A DNA stretch of 64,000 nucleotides from Malacoraja senta (GCA_038087875.1 CM076001.1:2170001-2234000); one strand, 5' to 3'; positions 38,432-49,544 are shown, numbered from the stretch's first letter. Numbers and translations: made by a program. Notes: a model not told the origin generated them from the sequence alone.

Positions 38432-38770
38432 TCAGTCAAGAGGTACAGACGTGTGAAAACTCATCTCTCCAGATTCAACTACAGTTTCTTCCCAGCAACT
38501 GAACCATCTGGGAAGGCAACTGAACCATCATAACAACAAGAGAATGGTCGTCAGCTACTATTCACCAAATTGAAGACCATGGGGCAATCTTCAATGTTAC
38601 CTTACTGGAATGTGTCTTGAAATAACTGTTATACTCTGTATCGTGTATGTGTACACTGTGGACGGCTCCATTGTAATCCTGGATATGTTTCCGCTGACTG
38701 GTGAGCACGCAACATAAAAAGTTTCATTGTACCCAGGTAGACGTAACAATAAAGGAAATAAACTAAACTA
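38432..38770 (+). mobile_element. Rex1-type LINE 3' fragment
   Basis: KRYRRVKTHLSRFNYSFFPA-like C-terminus; (ACTAA)n tail. Confidence 0.6.
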
Positions 38771-39184
38771 AACGGAACTAAACTGATGATATATTACTGT
38801 AATTAAAACCCTTATTCAAAAAAGTAATCCTAAACAACAGAGTACATGGAATTCACATCAAAAGAACAATCATAATTCATCTCACTTTTAAGTCCACGGA
38901 ATCGTTCTCCATCTTACTCGATCCATTCCAATGTCATTTATTTTTACTGACACGGAAACTGATGTTCGCTTTAATTCACGAAATCAAGTTTCAGCTTCTG
39001 ACCAGTGCGCGCAGAAACGCGTTATACAAAATTTCCACTTCAATGTAACGTGAAATAAATAGTGAATAGAAAAATAGCAAATAGTGTACGTTGTTCGAAA
39101 ATGCGGTGTATAATTGAAGACATATGTTGGATACAATGCGAATAATATCGACGACCAAATAACCATCAATTTATGCAAACGTGA

Positions 39185-39552
39185 GGAAAGAGCTGCAGAT
39201 GCTGGTTTATACCGAAGATAGACACAACATGCTGGAGCAATTCAGCGTCATGTCCAGCGAGAATGAATATATGACGAATCTGGTCGAAACCATTCTTCAT
39301 GCTGAAAGATAGGGAAGACCAGAACAAAACGGGGCCGGCAACAGATGACCTCAGGAAGAATAGAATATATATTGGCCCATTGTTGGCTGAGGGTGTGCTG
39401 ACGACAGGGATACAACGATACGAATAGTGGAACTAGTAGAACGACTAGGGTGGAGGAGGGACAATGAGAGGGTGGGGGAAGGAATGCAGGAGTTACTTGA
39501 AAGTGGGGAAAAAATGACGTTCACGCCGCTGGGTTGTAAGCTGCCCAAGCGA
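39185..39552 (-). mobile_element. Penelope-like element fragment
   Basis: RLGSLQPSGVNVIFS and terminal block. Confidence 0.7.
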
Positions 39553-39863
39553 TTTTTCGAGTGCACAGTTACAACTTTTTATCGTAGACCTTCATAAATA
39601 TTTGAGCAATTTGTGGTCCAATTTAAACAAATAAATATACAATTCTTCCAAATTGCCAACCTCTAGAATGCCTCTTCATTCACCCACATTTGAGTATTTT
39701 ACAGTATCCTGATTACGTTGATTTTCGAACAGTGAAACTAAGCTTGCAAGGCAAATCTCCTGACAGCGGTTTCCATTGCGGACTCTTTGTCAAACTTACC
39801 TAAACTAATGGTTTCTGTGAACGTGTGATTAACTGCGAAAGGGCGATGTTCGGGTGGACTTAC

Positions 39864-39929
39864 CAGATGTCACAGTCACCTCGGTTCCGGTTCCATCCAC
39901 ATACTCAGATTTCTCTCCCCAGGCAGACA
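39864..39929 (-). CDS. NAR-TCR J segment (possibly germline-joined DJ), 66 nt: SAWGEKSEYVDGTGTEVTVTS-
   Basis: IgNAR-type D-G-x-G-T-x-V-T-V motif; GTAAGT phase-1 donor at 39863-39858; 5' 12-RSS. Confidence 0.9.
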
Positions 39930-39957
39930 CACACTGCTTACAATCAGCACAAAATCC
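39930..39957 (-). other. 12-RSS 5' of the NAR-TCR J
   Basis: GGATTTTGT, 12 bp (GCTGATTGTAAG), CAGTGTG on the minus strand. Confidence 0.88.
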
Positions 39958-40258
39958 TTGCAGCTCGGCCGACATTGGTTGAACGGTGTAGACCAGGAAT
40001 CCCGGTTCCAGTCTTTGGAGCAACGTCCTGTCTCGTGTCGGAAGTAGGGAAATTATATGCTTAGTTCCTGTTCAACAGCTGTTGTTTGCAATCCCCTTCG
40101 ATGTCGAATCCCGCGCAAAGCAATCCTCCAACATTTGAACTGCAACGTCCTTTAGCCTTATAGGAAAAAAACAATTGGAGGGAATAAGCGCGAGGCATGG
40201 ACTATGGCGGTGGATTAAGTTCCAAGTCAAGCCCATTAATTTCCTGTCAAGCACTGGG

Positions 40259-40296
40259 TGTTTTTGTGAAGCAAAAGTGGCAGATCCGTCACAGTG
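40259..40296 (-). other. 22-bp-spacer RSS 3' of the NAR-TCR V
   Basis: CACTGTG, 22 bp, ACAAAAACA (alternative register: CACACTG with 24 bp). Confidence 0.8.
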
Positions 40297-40592
40297 TGTG
40301 CTCCAGTCCCTGTACTGGGCCTTGCAGTGATAGATGGCGCTGTCTTCAATTCTCAAAAGCAGAATTTTGAGAGTAAATAGGTTTTCTGTCGCACTAGTGG
40401 CCGCGATAAATCGCCCGCCGGGTAACACCAACTGCCGGTTTGTGTCGGATTCGGCTCTCCTGAAGACAAGCCAGCGCTCCAATTTGTACCCCACGGCAGC
40501 GTCATCAGTGAAGCGACAGGTGATACTAACAGACTGGCACTCCATCCGACTTATCGCAGGCGGTCTTTGTAGAACTTGCTGACTGAACGTAC
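40297..40592 (-). CDS. IgNAR-like V exon of NAR-TCR
   Basis: ttgcag acceptor; GTFSQQVLQRPPAISRMECQSVSITCRF...ERWLVFRR...LPGGRF...FTLKILLLRIEDSAIYHCKAQYRDWST; short FR2/CDR2 with GGRF and YHCKA typical of VNAR; extra FR1 Cys (40537-40539); open frame. Confidence 0.88.
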
Positions 40593-40748
40593 CTGCAAAT
40601 TAAACAGAGAGACGGGATGGTTCATTGCGTCGTCAGAGGAAGGTGCAGAACGATGCTTAAACCCTGAAACCGCTGATTATTCCGGTAGAGATTCTGGTGG
40701 AATGATAACAAATGTAAAGGGCGCCAGTGTGTTTCAACTAAAACTCAC

Positions 40749-40830
40749 CAGACCAGGAGACATACAGAGACAAAGCAAAAATGATACTCTTCGCTCGGTT
40801 GCTCGGAACCGATTGTTGATTTGTCAACAT
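40749..40830 (-). CDS. Leader exon of the NAR-TCR V (MLTNQQSVPSNRAKSIIFALSLYVSWS-G)
   Basis: ATG, 27 codons plus G, then GTGAGT; 156-nt intron; in frame with the V exon. Confidence 0.83.
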
Positions 40831-41414
40831 GTTGGTAACTTTTGCTGCAGATAAAACCGGGTTTCTCGCTCAAATCTGGTCTGAGACAACTAAGGACATG
40901 GCGTTCATTAACATAGTCTGTTGTTGAGTTGACAACTTGTGGATGTGTGCCTGTGTGTTGCGCGACTAAGCTTGTGTGTCTAATTCGGTGTCATTCCCTT
41001 TCGTTTCCGCTGCATTGTATGCCGTTTGGTTGGAGCCCCGCCTCCATAATTCTCAAGCGCAGTGGTGAGTGGGGGATTCGTGATGTGGACTTGCCCACGG
41101 ACACTGACACTCCCACTTCCTTGCAGGAGGAGTGAGTGGAGATTGTGGCATAGCCACGGTGGGGTGACACTTCCTGAAGCTTGATCACTGCTCCTCTCTT
41201 TAAGACATGGGCACGACGGTGTCAAAACCCCGCTCACATATCTTGCATCCTGATAGATACTGATCTTGGAGCTAATCGGGACTTTAGTCCAGTCAGAATA
41301 TATCTGACAGTGATCCATAATTATTTAAAACATTTTCATAATGTCGCTTGTAAAATTATAGCCATAGTCTCAGATTAAAGGTTCTAGAAAGGTGCCTTTA
41401 GAAAGGTTATGAGG

Positions 41415-41953
41415 TAATTTTTAATTATGGTTTAATAATAGTAAAAAAATTAATATTGAAATTTTGGAAAAATACACCAATACCAACGCTCAAAATGTGG
41501 ATTGCAAGTATGTTGGACACCGCACATCTTGAGGAAATGCGATTCCTCCTAATAGATAAATTTGACCAATTCATAACGAGTTACTCTCCATTTGTCGTCT
41601 TTTTGGAAACATATGGTGCAATACAGGTGTAAAAGCTAATCCGTGACTGCGGATGGTCAAGATTATAAATGATCTCCTTACTTCTATTTTCTTTTCTTCT
41701 CTTCTCTTCTTTTATTCTCTTTCTTCTATTTTCTATGTCTCAACTTTCCTTTTTCACTCTTTATTTTTATTTTTCACACACTATATATCTCACATTTTTC
41801 TATTTTTCATTATCTAACTTTTTTCTTTTTCTTCTTTATTACAAAAAAAAATTTAAATAAGAAGCTGTACATAAAAGGTATTATGAAAATATGATTGTAT
41901 ACAATTGTACTTACTTCTAATAAAATAAAAATATTTAAAAAAATAATAAAAAA
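41415..41953 (+). mobile_element. 5'-truncated L1/Tx1-clade LINE with 14-bp TSD, inserted in a decayed CR1
   Basis: YGLIIVKKLILKFWKNTPIP...; GAAAGGTTATGAGG at 41401-41414 and 41954-41967; A-rich tail. Confidence 0.85.
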
Positions 41954-43478
41954 GAAAGGTTATGAGGAGGAATTTATTTCTTCGGAGTGTGATGAATCTA
42001 TGGAATTCATTGCCACAAATGTTTGTGGAGGCGGTCAATGGATATTTCTGATGTGGAGATAGACAGGTTCTTGATTAGTACGTGTGTCAGGGGTTTTGGG
42101 GAGAAAGCAAGATAATGTGGTTAAGAGGGAAAGAGAGATCAGTCATGGTTGAATCGGTCGATTGGCCTAATTCTGTTCTTATAACTTATGAACTTGGATG
42201 CACCGTTTATCGAGGGATCGGGCTTACATATGATATTTTGGGATATGGTATAGGTATTTGTTTAACACGATATGCACGATATTTGTTTAACACAATATGC
42301 AGGACATATCGTGTTATCTCCTGCTGTATGTTGCAGAGTGAGGCCCGCGGCGAGAAACTCGTTGTGCGTATCAGATTATTAAATGTAACTGATAATTGTC
42401 CAGTGCAACAGGCCGGCGCAGCAATCCATCAGCTTCATAAGAGAGCCAACAACCTGTGCTCTGTCCTGACCTCCGTTGTCAACTGTATGGACCTTGCACT
42501 TCATGTGGGACCGCGTGCGTTTCTTCCGGAGACTCCGGTGTCCACCCACGTCAAGGAGCCGTGTGGCAGTTAGTCTATTGGCCAATGTAAGTTGCTCCAC
42601 GTGTGCGGGTGAGTGGCTGAAACCGAGGGTGTGTGTGTGGAATACGCGAAGGCATGCAGTTGATGGGAATGTACTGAGATGGAAATAGACCGGTGTGCAT
42701 GAGAGGTTGATGATCAAAAGAGGCTGGACGGAATAGACGGACCACTTTCGCGCTGTCTGACTCAATTACTAAGTTGCTTCCATCTCCACAGCACAAGGTA
42801 AATGTAATATCTACTGCATCATAAGGAAACCAGAAAATGAACAACGCATTGCGAAATTGTCAACCGTGTTCTATTCCCTGGAATAAATAAGGTTTGACCT
42901 GATTTACACGGAATTGGATCAATTTATGATTGCTTTCAAGAATGGACTGGAAGGCTGTTCTGATAGAACGGGTTAGATATACGGAATAAACGCTTCGCAC
43001 GGTCCTAATTTCTACATATGAAAGCGAAAGAAGCTAGATGAAAAAAATCTTTATTTCAAATAAATACACATTGCTACATAAAATGTCTTCCTTAAAGTGG
43101 ATATGTTTCTGGAAAGTCTTGGCGTGTCTTAAAATGTTCGAATGTTATTGATCTGCCTGAACTCAGCTGCGTAAATAAGTGATCGGCATAATAACCTGGT
43201 ATTTTATTGTTAGAGATGGAATGGATCGTCAATTACAGTGTACACAGGCGTGTATCCAGGTTAGTTGGTCAATCGGGTAACTACACTGCAAGCTTATTTG
43301 CCAAATACTCCGACTAATCACAGATCTACAGAGTCGAACTTGGTGGCACTGCTACTGTTGGACGTACGGTATATTTTATCTGAATACAGTAATCAGTGAA
43401 GCAGAGCTTGGGATGAACCACGTCGGGTGAATATCGGTAACATTAATTTTCTAAGAGAATGATGAAGATAGGCATCAA

Positions 43479-45277
43479 CATAGAAACATAGAAACATAGA
43501 AACATAGAAATAGAAATCGAAATGGCAGGAGTAGGCCATTCGACCCTTCGCGCCTGCAGCGCCATTCAATATGATCATGGCTGATCACCCAATTCAGTAT
43601 CAGCCTTCTCTACATACCCCCTGATCCCTTTAGCCACAAGGGCCACATCTAACTCCCTCTTAAATATACTGGCCTCAACTACTTCAAGATGGCGGATGTG
43701 CAGGAGTGGGCGCCGTTTGTACGGGCGCCTGCCTGCAATCCGTCCTCTAACCCTTTTTGTTTTCTATAACTTTTTTTTGGAGGTCTATTATTTCTATGTG
43801 GGGGGTGGGTGGGTGGGGGTGAAACTATTTTAACCCCGGTTCTACCTGGTCGGAGATGCGGTTTTCCTCCAAATCTCATTTTCGCTCTCCCCATGCGGCC
43901 TTCCATCGTGCTGGAGCAGCGCTTCCTGCCGGGACCACAGCTTGGGCGGCACAGCGCTGGGACACCAACAAGGAGCGGGCGATGCCTTGCCGGGTCGCCA
44001 CTCCGGAGTGCTGTGACCGCCGACCACCAACATCGAGGAGTTGCGGTCTGCGGTCTGAAGGCATCCCGCTGGGTCGAAAACACGGCGGAGTCAGAGTCGG
44101 AGCTCCAACCGGCGCGGCCTGACGACTACGGGCGTCGCAGTCTCCGGGGAGGGAGCGGCCGCTCCAGACACTACCAAGCTGCTGAGGACTTTCCACCCGA
44201 TGCCGGTGTTCCAGCTTCCCGGCAGGTGGGCATACAACATCGGGCTGCCGTTGCGGCGACTGGCTGCGGAGGCCTCAAACTGGCCCCGACCACGGGTGGA
44301 CTAGGGGGAAGAGGAGGAGGAATGGACATTTTGGTGCCTTTCCCTCGCAGTGGAGAGTGTCGACTCTGCTGTGGGGGGATGTTCGTGTTGAATCTCTTAT
44401 AGTGTGTTGTGTCTTTTTTTCTACCTCTTTTTATCTACTTCTTTTTTTTTCATTTAAATGGATATTTTCTCTGTAAAGCACTTTGGCTTCTTTGATTGAA
44501 ATTGATTGAAAAGTGTTATATAAATAAATTTACTTTACTTTACTTTACTTCCTTTCTGTGCAGAGAATTCCACAGATTCACCACTCTCTGTGTGAAAAAA
44601 AATGTTTCTCATCTCGGTCATAAAATACATTCCCCTTATCTTTAAACTGTGGCCCCTTGTTCCGGACTTCCCCATCATCGGGGACAATCTTTCTGCATCT
44701 AGCCTGTCCAACCCCTTATGAATGTAGTAAGTTTCTATAAGATCCCCCCTCAATCTTCTAAATTCTAGCGAATACATGCCGAGTCTATCCAGTCTTTCTT
44801 CATATGGAAGTCCTGCCATCCCAGGAATCAGTCTGGTGAACCTTCTCTGTACTCCCTCTATGGCATGAATGTCTTTCCTCAGATTAGGCGACCGAAACTG
44901 TACGCAATACTCCAGGTGTGGTCTCACCAAGGCCCCGTACAACTGCAGTAGAACCTCCCTGCTCCTATATTCAAATCCTTTTGCTATGAATGCTAACATA
45001 CAATTCGATGTCTTCACTGCCTGCTGCACCTGCATGCCTACTTTCAATGACTGGTGTAGCAAGACACCCAGGTCTCGTTGCATCTCCCCTTTTCCTAATC
45101 GGCCACCATTCAGATAATAGTCTACTTTCCTGTTCTTGCCACCAAAGGGGATAACCTCTCATTTATCCACATAATACTGCATCTGCCATCCATTTGCCCA
45201 CTCAACCAGCCTACCAAGTCACCTTGCAGCCTCCTAGCAACCCCCTCACAGCTAACACTGCCCCCAGCTTCCTGTCA
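43479..45277 (-). mobile_element. CR1 fragment specific to copy A, interrupted by a nested element
   Basis: (CATAGAAA)n tail at the left end; LHQSLKVGMQVQQAV...LYGALVRPHLEYC ORF2 on the minus strand; tcaa at both junctions; absent from copy B (about 55580). Confidence 0.85.
43684..44550 (+). mobile_element. GC-rich non-autonomous retroelement with an L2-type 3' tail, nested in CR1
   Basis: Starts TCAAGATGGCGG; ends AAAGCACTTTGG...AAGTGTTATATAAATAAAT(TTACT)n; CR1 sequence resumes on both sides. Confidence 0.65.
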
Positions 45278-45876
45278 AGTCGCCAAAGATTTCCACAACT
45301 GCGCGCGCTCTTCAAAATAACAGTGAGAAGATGTTCTCAAATAATTCAATGAATTATCTTACAACATACATAAAACTAATGCCACTGATAATAATATTAA
45401 AAGAATGTTAAGGGGATGAAAGGATATAACGGCCAAGGCACGAGTAGGTGGCGATATGTGGTCGCCAATGGCACAGAGGAGATGTTGTGAGAAAAGCAAT
45501 GAATCCGAGATTGAGATGAAGATTTGAACGCCAAGACGCACCTCTACATTAACAACGATGTGTCACACTTCAAATTGCTTCAAATTATTTTGTTGGTTGT
45601 TCATCTCCAGATTCAATGATGAGATCCACTCTTCGCTTCATCAAACATTTACCAGATCACTGTTCATTCAAGGAGTGGAATGCTATTTTGTTATGTTGAG
45701 GGTTTTTTTAGCGTGTGGAAATCTTTTTTGACTTGGTGCCTATCTTTATTATTCTCCGCGAAAATGCGTTATGTTCATATACCAACATTCACGGTGTGCT
45801 CACAAATCGCAAAGCATTCGCGTGAATTATTTATCCTGACCACCATTCGAATCCAACCAAATTAAATTCCGATCGG

Positions 45877-46160
45877 CCACGGTGGCGCAGCAGTAGAGTT
45901 GCTGCCTTACAGCACTTGCAGCGCCGGAGACACGGGATCGACCCGTCTACGGTTGCTGTATGTACGGAGTTTGTAGGTTCTCACAGGGGCCTCGTGGGTT
46001 TTCACCGAGATCTGTGGCGTACAGTTATGTAGGTTAATTGGCTTGGTGTAAGTGTAATTTGTCCCTAGTGTGTGTTGAATAATGTTAATGTGTGGGGCGT
46101 CGCTGGTTGGTGCGGTCTCGGTGGGCCGAGGGATCTGTTTCTGCGTTGTATCTCTAAACT
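45877..46160 (+). mobile_element. HE1-like SINE (shared with copy B at 56197)
   Basis: GGCCACGGTGGCGCAGC head, (CTAAA)n tail. Confidence 0.8.
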
Positions 46161-47529
46161 AAACTAAATTAAATTAATTTTTCGAATGAACTAAATTGTA
46201 TTACAAACGTTGATGCCCCATTTCCCTATTACGCCTCAACCCTCTACCATGGCACAGTGGTGAAGCGTTCCGGTATTTTTCACCTGAGGTGCTGGCTATG
46301 TGGAGTCTGCAGGTTATCCATGCGACCGTTTATCTTTCCCCCGGTTTCCCCCCATATCTCGAATGTCGTGCGAGATTGTAGGTCAATTGGCCTTCATGCG
46401 TAGGGAGCAAATGCGAAAGTAAGAACTAATGTGAACGGGTGAGTGATGGTCGACGGGCACTAAGTTGACTGAAGGGCCTGTTTTCATGTTGTAACTTAAC
46501 ACCAATCAATAAATGGTGTCGGGGATTGAAGAATAAATTAATTATGGAGTCATGAAGTCATACACCATGGAAACAGGTCCTTCGGCCAAAATTGCCCACG
46601 ACGACCAACATGCCCCATCTGAGGACGTCTGAAGAAGGGTCTCGACCCGAAACGTCATCCATTCCTTCTCTCCAGAAATGCTGCCTGTCCCGCTGAGTTA
46701 CTCCAGCATTTAGTACACCCGTCTGCCTGCGTGTTGACCATATCCCTCTAAACCTGTCCAATCCATGTCCTTGTCTAAATGTTTCTTCAACGTTGCGATA
46801 GTCCCTGCCTTAACTGCCTCCTCCGGTAGCTACCGATGTGTCGATACACCGCCACCGATGTGTCGAAAAAGTTACCCCTCACGTTCCTATTAACCCCCAC
46901 AACCCGCCTCCCTCCACCTTATACCCATGTCCGCGGGTTCTTGCTTCCCCTATTCTGAGTAAGATATTCTGCAACTATCCGATATATTACGATCTATTTG
47001 AACGAACAGGAGAACGTGCAAACTACGCACCGACAACGGCGAGGTCAGGTTCACATCCGTGTCTCTGGCGCTTTCGGAGCACTGGACAAACCCTGTTTAG
47101 CAGCCTGGACTAAATTATCGTATTAATGGCGTTGTGATCATCGTAATCGGCGGGAAATTATCACAACTCATGGGAGATTTTGAGTAAAGAATTTCGGAAT
47201 CCGAATTGAACAAGGAACATTCCTAATACCGCGTTTACTGAGAAGCTGGGAAGCTGCGAGACTTTCATTTCGATGCTGTTGTAACGGGAGAGAGAGACAC
47301 GGAGCAGAGAATAGAAAAGAACAAAGAATAGAAAAGAACAGGGACCACTAACGGAAGGAAGAGACACAGGGTTGACAGATCTCAGCGAATAGGAAGCTAG
47401 CCACCGGCGCACCTGCGTAAATCGTACCAAAAACGACTTTGGAAACAATTCTCAGAATGACAGGAAACCGCGAACAGGAACCCGTATGAGGCTTGCATTG
47501 GAGTCCAACCAGAGCCACGAGGCGCCTGG

Positions 47530-47567
47530 TGTTTCTGTACGGGTGTATACTGATTCCCATCACTGTG
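47530..47567 (-). other. 22-bp-spacer RSS
   Basis: CACAGTG, 22 bp, ACAGAAACA. Confidence 0.8.
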
Positions 47568-47871
47568 CGGCTCAACGTGCAGTAATAAACTGCAGAGTCG
47601 CTCAGCTCCAGATCTGAGATGGTCAAACTGATGAATTTACTCCCGGTGCGGAGTTCGACTGAGAAACGACTTTTAGCAAACTCCGCTTTCCATTCATCGC
47701 CATCGCTGTCTTTCCGTAAAGTGTACTCGGGCTCTGAGCCAGGCATCTGTCGATACCAGTATATCCTGTAGGCACCCGGGGTTTTGTATGTGCATTCCAA
47801 CGTCACTGCTTCTCCTTCTGTCTTCACTGCTAATGGCGGCGACTGAGTGACGGAATCTGCACGGCCGTGAT
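47568..47871 (-). CDS. TCR alpha/delta V exon, open frame
   Basis: HGRADSVTQSPP...TLECTYKT...IYWYRQMPG...SDSAVYYCTLSR. Confidence 0.92.
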
Positions 47872-47987
47872 CTGTAAAAATAGATCCAAATGGAAAAAAA
47901 TGATCAGACCTGCGAGATTTAAAGTCTGAGATTCATACCGTGTTTCACAAGCAAAAGAGAAAATAAATGCATGTGTGTCACTGTTAC

Positions 47988-48033
47988 TTATCAAAAATGT
48001 TCCCCACGACATCCAGATAATGAGGAACCACAT
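47988..48033 (-). CDS. Leader exon (MWFLIIWMSWGTFLI-N)
   Basis: ATG, 15 codons plus A, then GTAACA; 116-nt intron; in frame. Confidence 0.82.
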
Positions 48034-48323
48034 GGTGTCTGTCAGCTGAGTTGTTGATGTGCCGTCGGCAAACAGAGCGCTCCCTCGTTGTACCCGTGTC
48101 TCCGTTGGCTCTCCAATAGCGGTGAAGCGGGGTGGGTTCTATCTGGTGACGGAACAGCTGCGCTGGAGACACTGCACTTATAAGGGAAAATCTGAAGAAA
48201 TAAAAGCAAAATAGTGTTACCCAAGGAGCTCGGTATTATATGATGAGCAAACGTAACGACACGTATATTCCTGAAAGTCATTGTGCATCGAACGGCGCCT
48301 AAATCATGTCTGTGAGTTTCATT

Positions 48324-48490
48324 AAGTTCAGTTTAGTTTAGCTTAGGTCAATTCAGTTTAGTTTGGTTTCATTTCGTTTAGTTGAGGTCAATTCAGTTCA
48401 GTTACGTTAAGTTTAGTTTAGTTTAGTTTAGTTTAGTTTGGTTTATTTTAGTTTAGTTTAGCTTAGTTTAGTTTGGTTTAGATTAGTTTA
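48324..48490. repeat. (TTTAG/TTCAG)n pentanucleotide tract
   Basis: Direct inspection; paralogous tract at 58698-58790. Confidence 0.9.
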
Positions 48491-48789
48491 TTAATCTCAC
48501 GTATAATGAGAAATTGTAAAAATAAAACGTTTTGTTTGCGTGCTAAGCGGTCAAAGAAAAGACTGTACATGTCTCCGTGTGTGCACTTAGGGACTGGGGG
48601 ATAGAGTGAAAGAACGTTGGACATATAAATGCCCCATTTGGACCAGCGCGGCTTTGCTCCTTGAATGGGGACAACGGGGAGATACAATTCTTTGGAATCC
48701 TCCAAACTCGCCACAGTTCCAATGAGTATCTTCCAAACCTCCGCGAAGGACTGCGTGTCCCCCGAGTGAATGCTGTGCACCCTCACCAA

Positions 48790-49075
48790 AGGCGACCGCG
48801 CCTTTGCGGTTGCAGCCCCTAGACTGTGGAACAGCATCCCCTTTCCCATCAGAACTGCCCCCTCCATCGACTCTTTTAAGTCAAGACTAAAGACTTAGCT
48901 ATACTCCCAAGCCTTTCATGACGTCCTCTGAGTGAGCGCTACATGTATATATGTGTGTAGTTTGTTTTGTTTGTGCTATTCTTATAACAAATGTAAAGCA
49001 CTTTGGCCAACGAGAGCTGTTTTTTAAATGTGCTATATAAATAAATGTGACTTGACTTGACTTGACTTGACTCAC
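48790..49075 (+). mobile_element. L2-clade LINE 3' fragment (copy A only)
   Basis: RAFAVAAPRLWNS...IDSFKSRLKT; tail AAAGCACTTTGG...TGCTATATAAATAAA(TGACT)n. Confidence 0.8.
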
Positions 49076-49544
49076 CTCTGCACGTAATGCGGCAATCACT
49101 CGTGTTCAATGCACATTTTCCCCGTTTATCTTCATAACGTCACGGTCTATATTTGTCTCTGCTTGTCCCGTTGCTATATTGTTGTACCTGGCACAATAAA
49201 CCGTTGTTTATAACATCACTCCTGTATGCAGCCCTTTTCCATACTTTCCTGCTGCCTACACGAGTTCTCCCCAGAGTTGACCTTCTTTCGACGGTGAAAC
49301 TGACGGATGTTGAAATGTTGAGCAGCATTGAAAGTAGCGGAGAAGCTTAGTAGCTCAGGCTTCATCTGTAGAGGAAAATAGATAGGCGATGTTTAGGATC
49401 AATAGCCCACAATCAGACCAACGAAGGGTCCCGACTCCAAACGTCGCCATTCCCTTCCCGGATGCTACGCGACCTGCTGAGCACCCCGGTGCTATGTGTT
49501 TTACTGTCGGTGGTTTTGTCTATGCGAACTTATATACAAGGATA

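Noticed and set aside
39794-39800. Second GGTAAGT donor as another J segment
   Set aside because: No RSS and no G-x-G motif; using it would include an in-frame TAA.
39958-40258. D segment between the NAR-TCR V and J
   Set aside because: No CAC or GTG heptamer is paired with a nonamer at 12 or 23 bp on either side.
43809-44402. 197-aa ORF and overlapping ORFs
   Set aside because: GC-rich repeat with few stop codons in several frames; no recognisable domain.
45359-45541. Hydrophobic minus-strand ORF as a third GPCR remnant
   Set aside because: No GPCR motifs, and the frame is not kept in the duplicate copy (55700-55890).
48177-48225. LGNTILLLFLQIFP as a leader for the 47871 V (also at about 58550-58597)
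   Set aside because: Starts at TTG and the donor position reads ATAAGT; a proper leader exists at 48033-47988.
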